64,000 nucleotides of DNA from an uncultured Pelagibacteraceae bacterium (GCA_902574735.1 CACGOY010000004.1:18678-82677), one strand, 5' to 3'; positions 49,385-60,468 are shown, numbered from the stretch's first letter. A program made the numbers and translations. The notes: a model not told the origin generated them from the sequence alone.

Positions 49385-49699
49385 TTGATAATGTTAGATA
49401 AATTAAAAAAAAACTATTACTTACTTATAATCACTTTTTTATTTATATATTTTTTCTTTAATCTACTAGATGGTAATAGAGGTTTAATTTCTAACTTAGA
49501 AAAAAAAAAGATCTATAAAGATTTAAAATTAAAAGAGAGTAATTTAATTGGAAAAATTGAAGATCTTGAGCAAAAAAATTCCTTATTAACTGATAATTTA
49601 GATTTAGATTTTATAGAAATTTTAATAAGAGAAAAATTTTTGTTTGGAAAACCTGGGGAGACTACCTATATAATTAAAAAAGATGGAAAACAAAATTAG
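49385..49699 (+). CDS. Septum formation initiator (FtsB/DivIC family)
   Basis: Single TM, G.RG, coiled coil, DLDFIE..IRE. Confidence 0.75.
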   Translation: MIMLDKLKKNYYLLIITFLFIYFFFNLLDGNRGLISNLEKKKIYKDLKLKESNLIGKIEDLEQKNSLLTDNLDLDFIEILIREKFLFGKPGETTYIIKKDGKQN

Positions 49700-50615
49700 A
49701 CCTAGACATCCTGAAAAGGTAAACAAACCAGCAAATCCAATAAAAAAGAAACCACATTGGATTAGATCTAAACTTTTGAACAGTAAAGAGTTTTTCTTAA
49801 CTAAGACTGTAGTAAATAAAGATAATTTAGTAACTGTTTGTCAGGAAGCAAATTGTCCAAATATTACAGAATGTTGGAGTAAAAGACATGCAACACTAAT
49901 GATAATGGGTGATACATGTACAAGGGCTTGTGCCTTCTGTGATGTAAAAACTGGAAAGCCTGAAAAACTTGATCAATATGAACCTATTAAAATTGCTAAC
50001 GCAGTAAAAAAATTAAATTTAAAACACGTAGTCATCACCTCAGTTGATAGAGATGATCTTCCTGATGGTGGATCAAACCATTTTCATGATGTGATAATTG
50101 CAACTAGAAATAAAAATCCAAATACCACAATAGAAGTTTTAACGCCTGATTTTTTAAGAAAAGGGGAGGCATACAAAAAAGTTTTAGAAGCGAACCCCGA
50201 TGTTTTCAATCATAATATAGAAACAGTTCCAAGTTTGTATTTAAAAGTAAGACCAGGAGCTAGATACTTTGGATCTTTGGAGCTTTTAAAAAATTCAAAA
50301 AAATTTAATAAAAACGTTTTTACCAAGTCAGGATTAATGGTTGGGTTTGGAGAAACAAAAGATGAAATCATTCAAGTAATGGATGATCTAAGGTCGGCAG
50401 AAGTAGATTTTTTAACAATTGGACAATACTTGCAACCGTCTGTAAAACATTTTCCTTTGAATAGATATTATCACCCAGATGAATTTGATGAATTAGGAAG
50501 AATTGCTAAATCAAAAGGATTTATTCTAGTGACATCATCACCATTAACGAGATCATCCTACCACGCTGATGATGATTTTGATAAACTGAAAAAAAATAGA
50601 AATATTATCAACTAA
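49683..50615 (+). CDS. lipA: Lipoyl synthase
   Basis: [26 protein letters not shown]. Confidence 0.97.
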   Translation: MENKIRPRHPEKVNKPANPIKKKPHWIRSKLLNSKEFFLTKTVVNKDNLVTVCQEANCPNITECWSKRHATLMIMGDTCTRACAFCDVKTGKPEKLDQYEPIKIANAVKKLNLKHVVITSVDRDDLPDGGSNHFHDVIIATRNKNPNTTIEVLTPDFLRKGEAYKKVLEANPDVFNHNIETVPSLYLKVRPGARYFGSLELLKNSKKFNKNVFTKSGLMVGFGETKDEIIQVMDDLRSAEVDFLTIGQYLQPSVKHFPLNRYYHPDEFDELGRIAKSKGFILVTSSPLTRSSYHADDDFDKLKKNRNIIN

Positions 50616-51052
50616 TGCCAAAAGCATCTGTAACGCGTTTAATTGAACGCGATAAAGTTAAGCTAATTAATTTTGTCTTGGATATTGAAAAATATCCAGA
50701 ATTTATACCATTCTGTATCGACTCAAAAGTATACGAAAAGAAAGAAGATGACGATGTTGTGAATATTATTGCTGATTTGACAATTGGAAAAAAACCTTTT
50801 GTAGATACATACAAAAGTGATGTTAAGTACATCAAGAACCAGGATCTTATTCATGTTACAAATATTGACGGGCCATTAAACTATTTAGAAAATAATTGGA
50901 AATTTGTCCAAAAAGATAAATTTACTGAAGTTATATTTGATGTGGATTTTGAAATAAAAAATAAGTTTTTAAATATTATTATGACTAAGTCTTTTGAATT
51001 TGGATTAAATAAGATTGCTGATGCTTTTCAAAAAAGAGCAGAAACAATATAA
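50615..51052 (+). CDS. RatA/Coq10 START-domain protein
   Basis: DIEKYPEFIPFC, GPL.YLEN.W.F, AF.KRA. Confidence 0.85.
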   Translation: MPKASVTRLIERDKVKLINFVLDIEKYPEFIPFCIDSKVYEKKEDDDVVNIIADLTIGKKPFVDTYKSDVKYIKNQDLIHVTNIDGPLNYLENNWKFVQKDKFTEVIFDVDFEIKNKFLNIIMTKSFEFGLNKIADAFQKRAETI

Positions 51053-51094
51053 AAAACATTATTTTAATAATTTTTAAAAATTAAAAAGTATCAA

Positions 51095-51553
51095 TTAAAT
51101 TATAGAATTGACCAGGTATAGGGCTCTTTTAACCGTTGCTTTTTGAATATCGTTTCTTTTTTTTTGTTTAAAAATATTTTTTGTTATTATTAATTTATTT
51201 GATTTTTTAACACCTATATAAACTAGTCCTACAGGTTTAGTCTTAGTGCCTCCTTTTGGTCCTGCTATTCCAGTTATTGATACATTTACATCAGCTTTAG
51301 AGATCTTAGATAAATTCTTGACCATAGCCTCACAACACTCTGAACTAACAGCGCCGTATTTTTGAATTATCTTTTTATTTACCTTTAAAATATTGATTTT
51401 TGCATCATTGGAATAGGTGATTAGGCCAAGATTAAATATTTTAGAAGCTCCACTAATCGAGGTAATTGCTAAGGCAAGCATGCCACCAGTACATGATTCA
51501 GCAAAAGATATTTTGAGTTTTTTCTTTTGGAGTTTATTAACTAGATCTTTCAT
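51095..51553 (-). CDS. cinA: CinA C-terminal/NMN deamidase (PncC-like)
   Basis: AESCTGG, YSN.AK, GAVS, SITGIAGP; likely start ATG 51553. Confidence 0.88.
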   Translation of the reverse strand: MKDLVNKLQKKKLKISFAESCTGGMLALAITSISGASKIFNLGLITYSNDAKINILKVNKKIIQKYGAVSSECCEAMVKNLSKISKADVNVSITGIAGPKGGTKTKPVGLVYIGVKKSNKLIITKNIFKQKKRNDIQKATVKRALYLVNSII

Positions 51554-51555
51554 AA

Positions 51556-52056
51556 TTAAATTAGGCTTTTTAAAATCATAAAGCATATCAATGATAAAAC
51601 AACATAAAGACCAGCACAAACATCGTCCATTACAACACCAAAACTGTTTTTGTGTTTTCTGTCAAAATAACTAACCGGAAATGGTTTTAATATATCAAAA
51701 AACCTAAATAGTATAAAACACACAGTATAAATTATAAGTGCCTGATCCATTGTTTTTTCTGTACCATGAGATATTTCATAAAGATATATTGGAATTGCTT
51801 GGCCAATAAATTCATCAATAACGATTTCTCCTGGATCTTTATTTTCATTATTTTCAGTGTAATTTTTAATAGCTATAAACGAATACGCAAAAGCAATAAC
51901 TAAAATAATTAAAATTATATTTGAAGAAATATTTAGAATATGAAAGCAGACAAATAAAAATATTACAGTTGCTAGTGATCCAAACGTGCCAGGTAGAAAA
52001 CTAATTCTTCCTAGAGAAAACATTGTAACAAAAATAGAATTAAATTTTTTAATCAT
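51556..52056 (-). CDS. pgpA: Phosphatidylglycerophosphatase A
   Basis: PGTFGS, DPGEIVIDE, FRFFDILKP, GVVMDD; likely start ATG 52056. Confidence 0.92.
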   Translation of the reverse strand: MIKKFNSIFVTMFSLGRISFLPGTFGSLATVIFLFVCFHILNISSNIILIILVIAFAYSFIAIKNYTENNENKDPGEIVIDEFIGQAIPIYLYEISHGTEKTMDQALIIYTVCFILFRFFDILKPFPVSYFDRKHKNSFGVVMDDVCAGLYVVLSLICFMILKSLI

Positions 52057-53155
52057 AATTAGAAACTGAAACCATAACCTCACATGCTATAGCTTTTTCT
52101 TTTCCTATAATTCCTAATTTTTCAACTGTTTTACCTTTGAGATTTATTTTGTATTTTTTGATTTGTAGTAATTTTGATAAAGATTTTATTATTTTGCTTC
52201 TATTCTTTGCAACACTTGGCTTTTCACAAATTAAGTTAATATCAATATTATTTAAATTGTAATTCTCTTTTTTTAAAGTATCTAAAACTGGCTTAAGCAT
52301 TTTAGTTGATCTAATATTTTTATATTTTAAGTCATTGTTCGGATATAGTGTTCCTATATCATTTTTTTTCATACATCCTAATATCGCATCTATAATTGAG
52401 TGAATAATAACATCTCCATCAGAATGTCCTTTTAAACCTGAATGGAAAGGAATGTGTATACCACCTAAATATAGTTTTTTACCTTTTATCAATCTATGAA
52501 TATCAAATCCAATTCCATAAAAAGTTTTTAACTTAATTTTTTCTAAATCCTTAGTAGTGGTGATTTTAATGTTATCTTCTTCTCCTTTAATAAATTTGAT
52601 TTTTAAATTGTTTTTTATAAATAATGTTGCTTCATCTGATATGTATTTTTTATTTTTATTTGACAATTTGTAGAGTGTTTTAAAATCAAAACACTGAGGG
52701 GTTTGGGTTAATATTAAGTTTTCTCTTTTCAGATTAAATATATTTGCTCCCTCTCTATATTTTACAGAATGATCAGTATTAGTATAAGGAACTACTGCTT
52801 TATTATTATTTAATTCTCTATTTAATCTTTTTAATAATTTAACTGAAAAATTTGGTCTAGCTGCATCGTGAATATATACATTTTTAAATTTCTTATTTTT
52901 AATATATTCAAGTGCTCTCTTTGATGATTCAAACCGCTCTAAACCACCTTTTATTACTTTTATAATTTTATCTTTTGGTTTTTTTATTTTTGAATTTGTT
53001 ACAACAATTACTTCTTTGAATATCTTTGATTTTATTGCCTTTTCTATAGAGTGATAAATTAACGGTTTTCCATTTAAAATATGAAATTGTTTAAGAGTAT
53101 TCGATTTAAATCTCTTACCTTTACCCGCTGCAAGTAGTATAAAACAGTCGCTCAT
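52049..53155 (-). CDS. ispDF: Bifunctional IspD/IspF
   Basis: LAAGKGKRF, IHDAARP, QTPQ; GFDIH, GHSDGDV. Confidence 0.93.
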   Translation of the reverse strand: MSDCFILLAAGKGKRFKSNTLKQFHILNGKPLIYHSIEKAIKSKIFKEVIVVTNSKIKKPKDKIIKVIKGGLERFESSKRALEYIKNKKFKNVYIHDAARPNFSVKLLKRLNRELNNNKAVVPYTNTDHSVKYREGANIFNLKRENLILTQTPQCFDFKTLYKLSNKNKKYISDEATLFIKNNLKIKFIKGEEDNIKITTTKDLEKIKLKTFYGIGFDIHRLIKGKKLYLGGIHIPFHSGLKGHSDGDVIIHSIIDAILGCMKKNDIGTLYPNNDLKYKNIRSTKMLKPVLDTLKKENYNLNNIDINLICEKPSVAKNRSKIIKSLSKLLQIKKYKINLKGKTVEKLGIIGKEKAIACEVMVSVSNYD

Positions 53156-53191
53156 GTTAATATTTTATAAGTAGTAATATATCTTTAAATT

Positions 53192-54967
53192 ATGTTTGCT
53201 TTGTTAAAAAGAAATTTGTTTATAATAATAATTTTTATTTTTACACTATCATTAGGTTTCTTAACTTTTTTAACATTTATAGGCAAAAGCTTTATTAATC
53301 TGAATGAAAATAATCTTCAAATCTTATTAATATTTAACTTTATTTTATTGATAATTTTTTTTGTTTTAATTTTTTTGGATATCAAAAACTCAATTAAAAA
53401 TAACATAAATGTAAAAGGTGCAATAGCAAATAAAAAGTATATCATTTCATTTGGATTATTTACATTAATTCCATCATTATTAATTTCTATATTTTCTCTA
53501 TTTATTTTTTCATTTGCTTTAGATAAATATTTTGACACAAAAATTACATCTGCAGTAAATAATTCATATGAAATAGCAAAAAATTATGTTGAAGAAAAAA
53601 GAAATAAAATTGAGTCTGAAATAATTTTAATTGCTTTTGATCTAAATAAATACTCAAATTTAATAAATGATAATCCTAAAAGATTTCAATCTCTTTTAAA
53701 TACGCAAAGACTTATTAGAGATATTGACCAATTATATTTAATTGATGGAAATGGAGATTTAATTCTTTCAGCAGGTAATTCACCGTATAATAAAATTGAA
53801 GATAGAGCTATTCAAATGGTTTTAAATGATGACAGACCTTTGAAAATAATAAATACATTTGAGAATAAATCTGCAGCCGTCATTAGGTTAACTAATTATA
53901 ATGATACTTTTTTATACGTAGTAAAATTAATTGATAAAAATATATCACAATATCTAATACAATCTGAAGAAGCGGTTAATTTTTATTACACAGTTGAAAA
54001 TCAAAGTTTAGGTATAAGAATTTCCTTTGCTCTTATATATATAGCTTTAGTAACATTATTATTATTTTTATCGATTACAATAGCAATTAGATTTTCATCA
54101 AGATTTTTTATATCAATTAACAATTTAATTTCAGCCTCAGAAAAAATTGGTAAAGGAAATTTAGATACCAAAGTACCAGAACTTAAAGCCGATAAAGAGA
54201 TGGAGCTTTTAAATAAAAATTTTAATTTAATGATAGACAGACTAAAAAGCCAACAAGAAAAATTACTTACTTCTGAAAGACATGAAGCATGGGAAAATGT
54301 TGCAAGAAAACTTGCTCACGAAATTAAGAATCCACTCACTCCTATACAGTTGACAGTCGATAATATTAAGTCAAAGTATTTAAAAAATATTGAATTAGAT
54401 AATCAAGATAAATTTAAAAACAACCTACAAACAATACAAAAGCAAATTAAACAAATTGAAAATTTAGTAAATGAATTTTCAGATTTTGCACGAATGCCAA
54501 AACCGTTATTAAAAAAAAATAATTTAAATAAAGTTATAAATGAAAATATAAACCTAATTAATAAAATTGATCCAAATATAAAAATCAAACTAATTAATCA
54601 TTTGTCAAAAGACGTAAACATTAATTTTGATTTAGAACAATTTAATAGATTATTTTTTAATTTGATTAAAAATTCTTTAGAAAGCATTCAAGAGAAAGCC
54701 GAAAAAGACAGTAAAATTCACAAAAATATAGATATAGAAATAAGGCAAAGAAGAGACTATATAATCGTTAATGTTATTGACAGCGGTATCGGTTTTAAAA
54801 ACAAAAAAACAAAAGAGTTAATAAAACCATATTTTACAACAAAAGAAAAAGGAACAGGCTTAGGACTTTCAATTGTAGATAAAATTATAAGTGATCACAA
54901 TGGATCAATACAATTTTTAAATCATAAAAATGGTGCAAAAGTACAAATTATATTACCAAACAAATAA
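53192..54967 (+). CDS. ntrY: Sensor histidine kinase NtrY-type
   Basis: TM + HAMP; AW..VARKLAHEIKNPLTPIQL, EFSDFARMP, GTGLGL. Confidence 0.9.
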   Translation: MFALLKRNLFIIIIFIFTLSLGFLTFLTFIGKSFINLNENNLQILLIFNFILLIIFFVLIFLDIKNSIKNNINVKGAIANKKYIISFGLFTLIPSLLISIFSLFIFSFALDKYFDTKITSAVNNSYEIAKNYVEEKRNKIESEIILIAFDLNKYSNLINDNPKRFQSLLNTQRLIRDIDQLYLIDGNGDLILSAGNSPYNKIEDRAIQMVLNDDRPLKIINTFENKSAAVIRLTNYNDTFLYVVKLIDKNISQYLIQSEEAVNFYYTVENQSLGIRISFALIYIALVTLLLFLSITIAIRFSSRFFISINNLISASEKIGKGNLDTKVPELKADKEMELLNKNFNLMIDRLKSQQEKLLTSERHEAWENVARKLAHEIKNPLTPIQLTVDNIKSKYLKNIELDNQDKFKNNLQTIQKQIKQIENLVNEFSDFARMPKPLLKKNNLNKVINENINLINKIDPNIKIKLINHLSKDVNINFDLEQFNRLFFNLIKNSLESIQEKAEKDSKIHKNIDIEIRQRRDYIIVNVIDSGIGFKNKKTKELIKPYFTTKEKGTGLGLSIVDKIISDHNGSIQFLNHKNGAKVQIILPNK

Positions 54968-54971
54968 TTAG

Positions 54972-56327
54972 ATGTCGGTTGAAATTTTAATAATTGACGA
55001 TAACTCGGACATAAGGCTTATATTAGATGAGCTGATAAAAGATGCAGGATATAAAACTAGGTTAGCTGCAAATTTTAATCAGGCATTAACCGAAATAGAC
55101 AAAAAACTTCCTGATGTAGCAATTATTGATGTTAAGTTAGACAAGGGAGATAATGATGGTATTCAACTTTTAGACCATATTAAGCAAAAAAATAATGATA
55201 TACCTGTGATTATGATTTCAGGCCATGCAAATATTGAGATGGCGGTTAACTCTTTGAAATCAGGTGCTTTTGAATTTATACAAAAACCCTTCGACAAGGA
55301 TAGATTGCTTAATTTTGTGAATAGAGCAGTTGAAAATTTTAATCTTAAAAAAGAAAATAAAAATTTAAGTAACAAATTATTTCATTCTTTTGATCTTATT
55401 GGCAAAAGTAACAACATTATCTCTATTAAAGATCAAATTGAAAAACTTTCACAATCTGAAAGTAGAGTATTTATAAATGGTCCAACAGGTTCTGGAAAGG
55501 AATTAGTTGCAAGAAAAATTTATAAAAAATCAAAAAGAAAAAAAGGTCCATTTATAATTATTAATGGAGCCTTGTTAGATACAAAAAAATATGAATTGGA
55601 ACTTTTTGGTGAAGAAAAAAAAGATGGATCCATTTTATATGGTGCATTTGAAAAAGCATCTGGAGGTGTATTACTAATTGATGAAGTAACAGAAATTCCT
55701 TTAGAAACGCAATCTAAGATTTTAAGAGTAATGATTGATCAAAAATTTAAAAGATTAAATGGTAACCATGATGTAAAAGTAGATGTAAGAATTTTCTGTT
55801 CAACGAGCAAAGATATGTCAACAGAAATAAAAAATGGAAATTTTAGAGAAGATCTTTTTCACAGACTAAATGTTTTTAATATTAAAATTGATCCATTAAC
55901 CAAGAGAATTGAAGATATTCCACTATTAATAGATTATTTTATAGAAAATATTTGCAATACTTATAGTTACAAAAAATTTTCAATAAAAGATAACAATTAT
56001 CTACTTAACTATGATTGGCCAGGTAATGTAAGAGAATTAAGAAACTTAATTGAAAGAATAGCAATCTTATCACCCGGAGATAGTCAGGATAAGATAATTA
56101 ATATTATTAAAGAATCACTATCTAGATCTTTAGATGAAAACTTTTCTGTAACGGATACTCTTTCAGTGCCACTTAGAGAAGCAAGAGAGACTTTTGAAAA
56201 AGAATATTTAATTTCACAGATAAAAAAATTTGGTGGAAATATATCAAAAACTGCAAAATTTGTTGGCATGGAAAGATCAGCCTTACATAGAAAGCTAAAA
56301 ATTCTGGGTGTAAAGGATCTTAATTAA
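54972..56327 (+). CDS. ntrX: Response regulator NtrX
   Basis: REC + AAA+ (GPTGSGKE, no GAFTGA) + GMERSALHRKLK HTH. Confidence 0.92.
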   Translation: MSVEILIIDDNSDIRLILDELIKDAGYKTRLAANFNQALTEIDKKLPDVAIIDVKLDKGDNDGIQLLDHIKQKNNDIPVIMISGHANIEMAVNSLKSGAFEFIQKPFDKDRLLNFVNRAVENFNLKKENKNLSNKLFHSFDLIGKSNNIISIKDQIEKLSQSESRVFINGPTGSGKELVARKIYKKSKRKKGPFIIINGALLDTKKYELELFGEEKKDGSILYGAFEKASGGVLLIDEVTEIPLETQSKILRVMIDQKFKRLNGNHDVKVDVRIFCSTSKDMSTEIKNGNFREDLFHRLNVFNIKIDPLTKRIEDIPLLIDYFIENICNTYSYKKFSIKDNNYLLNYDWPGNVRELRNLIERIAILSPGDSQDKIINIIKESLSRSLDENFSVTDTLSVPLREARETFEKEYLISQIKKFGGNISKTAKFVGMERSALHRKLKILGVKDLN

Positions 56328-57701
56328 ATGAATATTATCATATGTGGTGCCGGTAGAGTCGGTTTCACTATTGCAAAATTATTAACAGAACAAAATCACT
56401 CAATCACAGTAATTGATCAGTCTGGTGATGATATACAAAAAATTAATGATAGTCTTGATGTTAAAGCTATAGTTGGAAAAGCAACTTCTCCATCAGTTTT
56501 AGAGAGGGCTAATACTAGTGATGCTGATATGATTATCGCTGTTACTAGAAATGATGAAATCAATATGTTAATTTGCCAAATAGCATATTCAATTTTTAAA
56601 GTACCGAAAAAAATTGCAAGGATTCGGTCTCAAGAATATCTTGATCCAAAATTTTCTATATTATTTAACAGAGAAAACCTACCTATTGATTATGTTATTT
56701 CACCAGAGTTAGAGATAGCAAAATCTATACAAAGAAAACTAGAAGCTCCGGGTGCTCTTGATAACGTCCCTTTTGTAGAAAATAAAATTAGACTTTTAGA
56801 GATACTAATAGATGACAACTGTCCAATAAATGGCATTAAATTAAACGATCTTACAAAAAAATTTCCTAAATTAAATGCATATATTTTAGGAGTTATAAGA
56901 AAAGGTGAATTTAAAATATTAAAGAAAAACGACTCATTAGAACACAACGACAAAGCTTATGTCATGGTAAGCTCAAATCAAATGGAGGAAACTTTAAAAG
57001 TATTTGGTCATAACGAAAAAAAATCAAATAAAATACTGATAATTGGTGGAGGAAACATTGGTTTTAATTTAGCTAAAAATATCGAAGAAACCTTTGAGTC
57101 AGCAAGAGTAAAAATAATAGAAAAAAGCAAAGAAAGAGCAGAATTAATTGCTAATGATTTAAATGACACAATTGTTATTAATGGGAATGGACTTGATGAA
57201 GATGTATTAAATGAAGCTAATATAGATGAAGTAGAGACAGTACTAGCTTTAACCAACGATGATGAAGATAATTTAATGGTAAGCGTACTTGTAGAAAAAT
57301 TTTCTAAAGATAAAAGAACAATGGCCTTAATAAACAAACCAAATTATTCTCTTTTACAAACATCTTTGAAAATAGATGACATGATTGATCCAAGAATGGA
57401 TACGGTTTCTAGTATTCTTAAACATGTTCATAAAGGCACTATTGAAAATGCTTACACTATCTTGAATGGTGATTATGAGGTTATTGAAGCAGAAATATTA
57501 GAATCTTCTGATTTAATAAATAAAGAATTAAAAGACTCTGATCTTCCAGACGATATAAGAATTGGATCTATACTTAGAGGAGATGAGTTCATAAAACCTA
57601 GCTCAAACTATAAATTTCAAAAAAATGATATAATAGTATTGCTCTCTAAAAGAGATCAATTACCCACAGTAGAAAATTTATTCAGAATAAGCTCTATCTA
57701 A
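56328..57701 (+). CDS. trkA: Trk K+ uptake NAD-binding subunit
   Basis: Two RCK domains with GAGRVG and GGGNIG. Confidence 0.95.
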   Translation: MNIIICGAGRVGFTIAKLLTEQNHSITVIDQSGDDIQKINDSLDVKAIVGKATSPSVLERANTSDADMIIAVTRNDEINMLICQIAYSIFKVPKKIARIRSQEYLDPKFSILFNRENLPIDYVISPELEIAKSIQRKLEAPGALDNVPFVENKIRLLEILIDDNCPINGIKLNDLTKKFPKLNAYILGVIRKGEFKILKKNDSLEHNDKAYVMVSSNQMEETLKVFGHNEKKSNKILIIGGGNIGFNLAKNIEETFESARVKIIEKSKERAELIANDLNDTIVINGNGLDEDVLNEANIDEVETVLALTNDDEDNLMVSVLVEKFSKDKRTMALINKPNYSLLQTSLKIDDMIDPRMDTVSSILKHVHKGTIENAYTILNGDYEVIEAEILESSDLINKELKDSDLPDDIRIGSILRGDEFIKPSSNYKFQKNDIIVLLSKRDQLPTVENLFRISSI

Positions 57702-57708
57702 AAAATTA

Positions 57709-59118
57709 ATGAGCAGATTTAGTTTAATATTTATTGGATCATTTACTCTTTTAATAAGTTTATTTTCCATATTAAATATTATTTATTCGTATTACTTAAA
57801 TTTATTTTTAAATATAAATACTTACTTTATTATTTTTTTATTTACTTTAATTCTTGGTTTGTTCTTAATTTTTTTTAAACGAATTCATTTTAAAAAAATT
57901 AATATTTATGAGAAAATATTAATAGTAATAATAGGTTATTTATTTTTTCCAGTAATTATTTCATTACCTTTTTACTTCAGTATAAATAATATTTCTTATT
58001 TAAATTCATATTTTGAGGCAATATCAGGATTTACGTCTACAGGTTTTTCTATTTTTGAGAATATTAAACAATTAGATCAAAGCCTAATTATATGGAGATC
58101 ATCATCACAATGGATTGGAGGATTATATTTTTTATTTTCTCTTCTTTTATTAATAGATATTTTTGATGATAATTTAAAAAAATCATTAACAAATTATATA
58201 TCATTCAATTCTTCTGAAATATTAAAGCAATCTTTAAAAATCATAATAATTTATTCATCAATTACATTTATTATATTTATATTTTTGAAATTGATAAATT
58301 TAAGGACTTTCGACTCTTTTAATTTATCAATGACAATAATCTCCTCTGGTGGTTTTTTACCTATGAATAATTTTGATAGTTTATTTAAGAGTGACTTGAG
58401 TAAAATTATTTTATCAATTTTAATACTATCATCATATTTCAGTTTGTTTTTTATTTATAATTTAATTTTTTTTAAAAAAAATAACCTAAACTATCTAAGC
58501 GAAGATTTATATTTAGCACTATATCTAATAATAATAATTGCAATTTTATTTATTTTTTTTAACTCTGAAAATAATTTTCTAAATATTTTAGTTTCTTTAT
58601 CTAGTAGTGTTTCAAATTTAGGTATTTCATTTGAGAATATACCTTCAAATTTATCTTTTATTTTTCTTATTTTAGTCATTATTGGAGGATCTTTTTTTTC
58701 TACAAGTTCCGGTTTGAGGGTAATTAAGATATTGAGTTTACTAAAATACTCCTTAAATAATTTGCTTTCCAATACAAAACCAAATCAAATATATTTAAAT
58801 AAAGTTACTTTGTTAAAATCAAACACAGATAAATCTGATGTAAATAAATATTTTTTGACTGTTTTGGTTTTTATTATTTCACTTTTTGCTGTTTCAAGTT
58901 TATTGACTATATCAGGTATAAAATTTGAAAATTCATTTAAGTTAGGAATTTTAACGATTATGAATACTGTAAATTCATCTATGTATGGATTAGCTGATTT
59001 TAATTTTTATAGCATAAATGTTATATCCAAATTATCCTTAATCATATTTATGATTATCGGTAGAATTGAATTATTGACATTATTAATTTTAATAAAAAAA
59101 TTTCTTTTCAAAAATTAA
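57709..59118 (+). CDS. trkH: TrkH-family K+ transporter (divergent)
   Basis: FEAISGFTSTG, QWIGG, GGS..STSSG, M..GRIE. Confidence 0.8.
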   Translation: MSRFSLIFIGSFTLLISLFSILNIIYSYYLNLFLNINTYFIIFLFTLILGLFLIFFKRIHFKKINIYEKILIVIIGYLFFPVIISLPFYFSINNISYLNSYFEAISGFTSTGFSIFENIKQLDQSLIIWRSSSQWIGGLYFLFSLLLLIDIFDDNLKKSLTNYISFNSSEILKQSLKIIIIYSSITFIIFIFLKLINLRTFDSFNLSMTIISSGGFLPMNNFDSLFKSDLSKIILSILILSSYFSLFFIYNLIFFKKNNLNYLSEDLYLALYLIIIIAILFIFFNSENNFLNILVSLSSSVSNLGISFENIPSNLSFIFLILVIIGGSFFSTSSGLRVIKILSLLKYSLNNLLSNTKPNQIYLNKVTLLKSNTDKSDVNKYFLTVLVFIISLFAVSSLLTISGIKFENSFKLGILTIMNTVNSSMYGLADFNFYSINVISKLSLIIFMIIGRIELLTLLILIKKFLFKN

Positions 59119-59144
59119 TTTTGTATTATACGTTTTAATTTTGT

Positions 59145-59221
59145 GCGCCCTTAGCTCAGCTGGATAGAGCAACGGTTTTCTAAACCGTGGGTCGGAGGTT
59201 CGAATCCTTCAGGGCGCGCCA
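59145..59221 (+). tRNA. tRNA-Arg (TCT)
   Basis: GCGCCCT...AGGGCGC-G-CCA; anticodon arm ACGGT-TT-TCT-AA-ACCGT; GGTTCGAATCC. Confidence 0.95.
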
Positions 59222-59410
59222 TATTTTCATAATTATTCTATTTCATAACAGGCAGTATTGGACTTGATATTTTCAAATCCCAGATAAATAAGAAATGATG
59301 GGCTTAAATTATCATTGATGAAGATCACTGTTTCTGCTTTACTTATGATAATTCAAATTAACTTTTGAATTATTTGTTAACAAATAAATTAATAACAAGA
59401 GGAAGAAATA

Positions 59411-60451
59411 ATGTTTAAAATAATAAAACAATTGACTTCTTTAGTTGCTGTATTTGCAGTTCTGTTTGCATTTACAACTGAAACTATGGCTGCTAAGAAA
59501 TCTAAAACTCTTAAAAATACCCAGAAAAAAGGTTTTGTGAGATGTGGTGTTTCACAAGGTCTTCCAGGATTTTCTAATGCTGATGCTGCAGGAAACTGGA
59601 CTGGTGTTGACGTTGATGTATGTAGAGCGGTAGCTGCTGCAGTACTAGGTGATGCAAGTAAAGTTAAATTTACTCCACTAAGTGCTAAAGAAAGATTTAC
59701 TGCACTTACATCTGGAGAGATCGATGTATTATCAAGAAACACAACTTGGACATTGTCTAGAGATGCTGACATTGGTTTAACATTTGTTGGTGTAAACTTT
59801 TATGATGGTCAAGGTTTCATGGTAAGAAAAAACTCAGGAATTAATTCAGTGAATGATTTCAAAGATGGTATTTCTGCATGTACAAACATTGGTACAACGA
59901 CAGAGCTTAACATGAGAGACTTCTTTAATTCTAAGGGAATTTCATACGAGCCAGTAGCTTTTGAAAAAGCTGACGAAGTTGTTGCTGCTTATGATGCTGG
60001 AAGGTGTGATACTTACACTACAGATAAATCAGGTCTTGCTGCACAAAGAACAAAAATGTCAAATCCAGATGATCACATGGTATTACCTGAAACTATATCA
60101 AAAGAGCCTTTAGGCCCAGTAGTTAGACAAGGTGATGCTGTTTGGGAAGACATCGTAAGATGGTCACTGAACACAATGATCGAAGCTGAAGAATATGGCA
60201 TTACGTCTGCAAACGCTGATATGATGAAAACATCTGACAACCCAGCTATTAAAAGATTAGTTGGAGCAGAAGGTGAATTAGGTGCTGCTTTTGGATTAGA
60301 TAATGAGTGGAGCTTAAGAATCATTAAGCAAGTTGGTAACTACGGAGAAAGCTACGAGAGAAATATTGCTGCTCCTGGAATTTTACCAGACAGAGGTCCA
60401 AACCAATTATGGACAAAAGGTGGAATTCTTTACGTACCACCAGCAAGATAA
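59411..60451 (+). CDS. aapJ: General L-amino acid ABC substrate-binding protein (AapJ/YhdW/BztA)
   Basis: CGV..GLPGFS, RNTTWTLSRD, YDGQGF, ISKEPLGP, VGNYGE; RBS GAGGA. Confidence 0.93.
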   Translation: MFKIIKQLTSLVAVFAVLFAFTTETMAAKKSKTLKNTQKKGFVRCGVSQGLPGFSNADAAGNWTGVDVDVCRAVAAAVLGDASKVKFTPLSAKERFTALTSGEIDVLSRNTTWTLSRDADIGLTFVGVNFYDGQGFMVRKNSGINSVNDFKDGISACTNIGTTTELNMRDFFNSKGISYEPVAFEKADEVVAAYDAGRCDTYTTDKSGLAAQRTKMSNPDDHMVLPETISKEPLGPVVRQGDAVWEDIVRWSLNTMIEAEEYGITSANADMMKTSDNPAIKRLVGAEGELGAAFGLDNEWSLRIIKQVGNYGESYERNIAAPGILPDRGPNQLWTKGGILYVPPAR

Positions 60452-60468
60452 TTGCTAATTAATTACTT

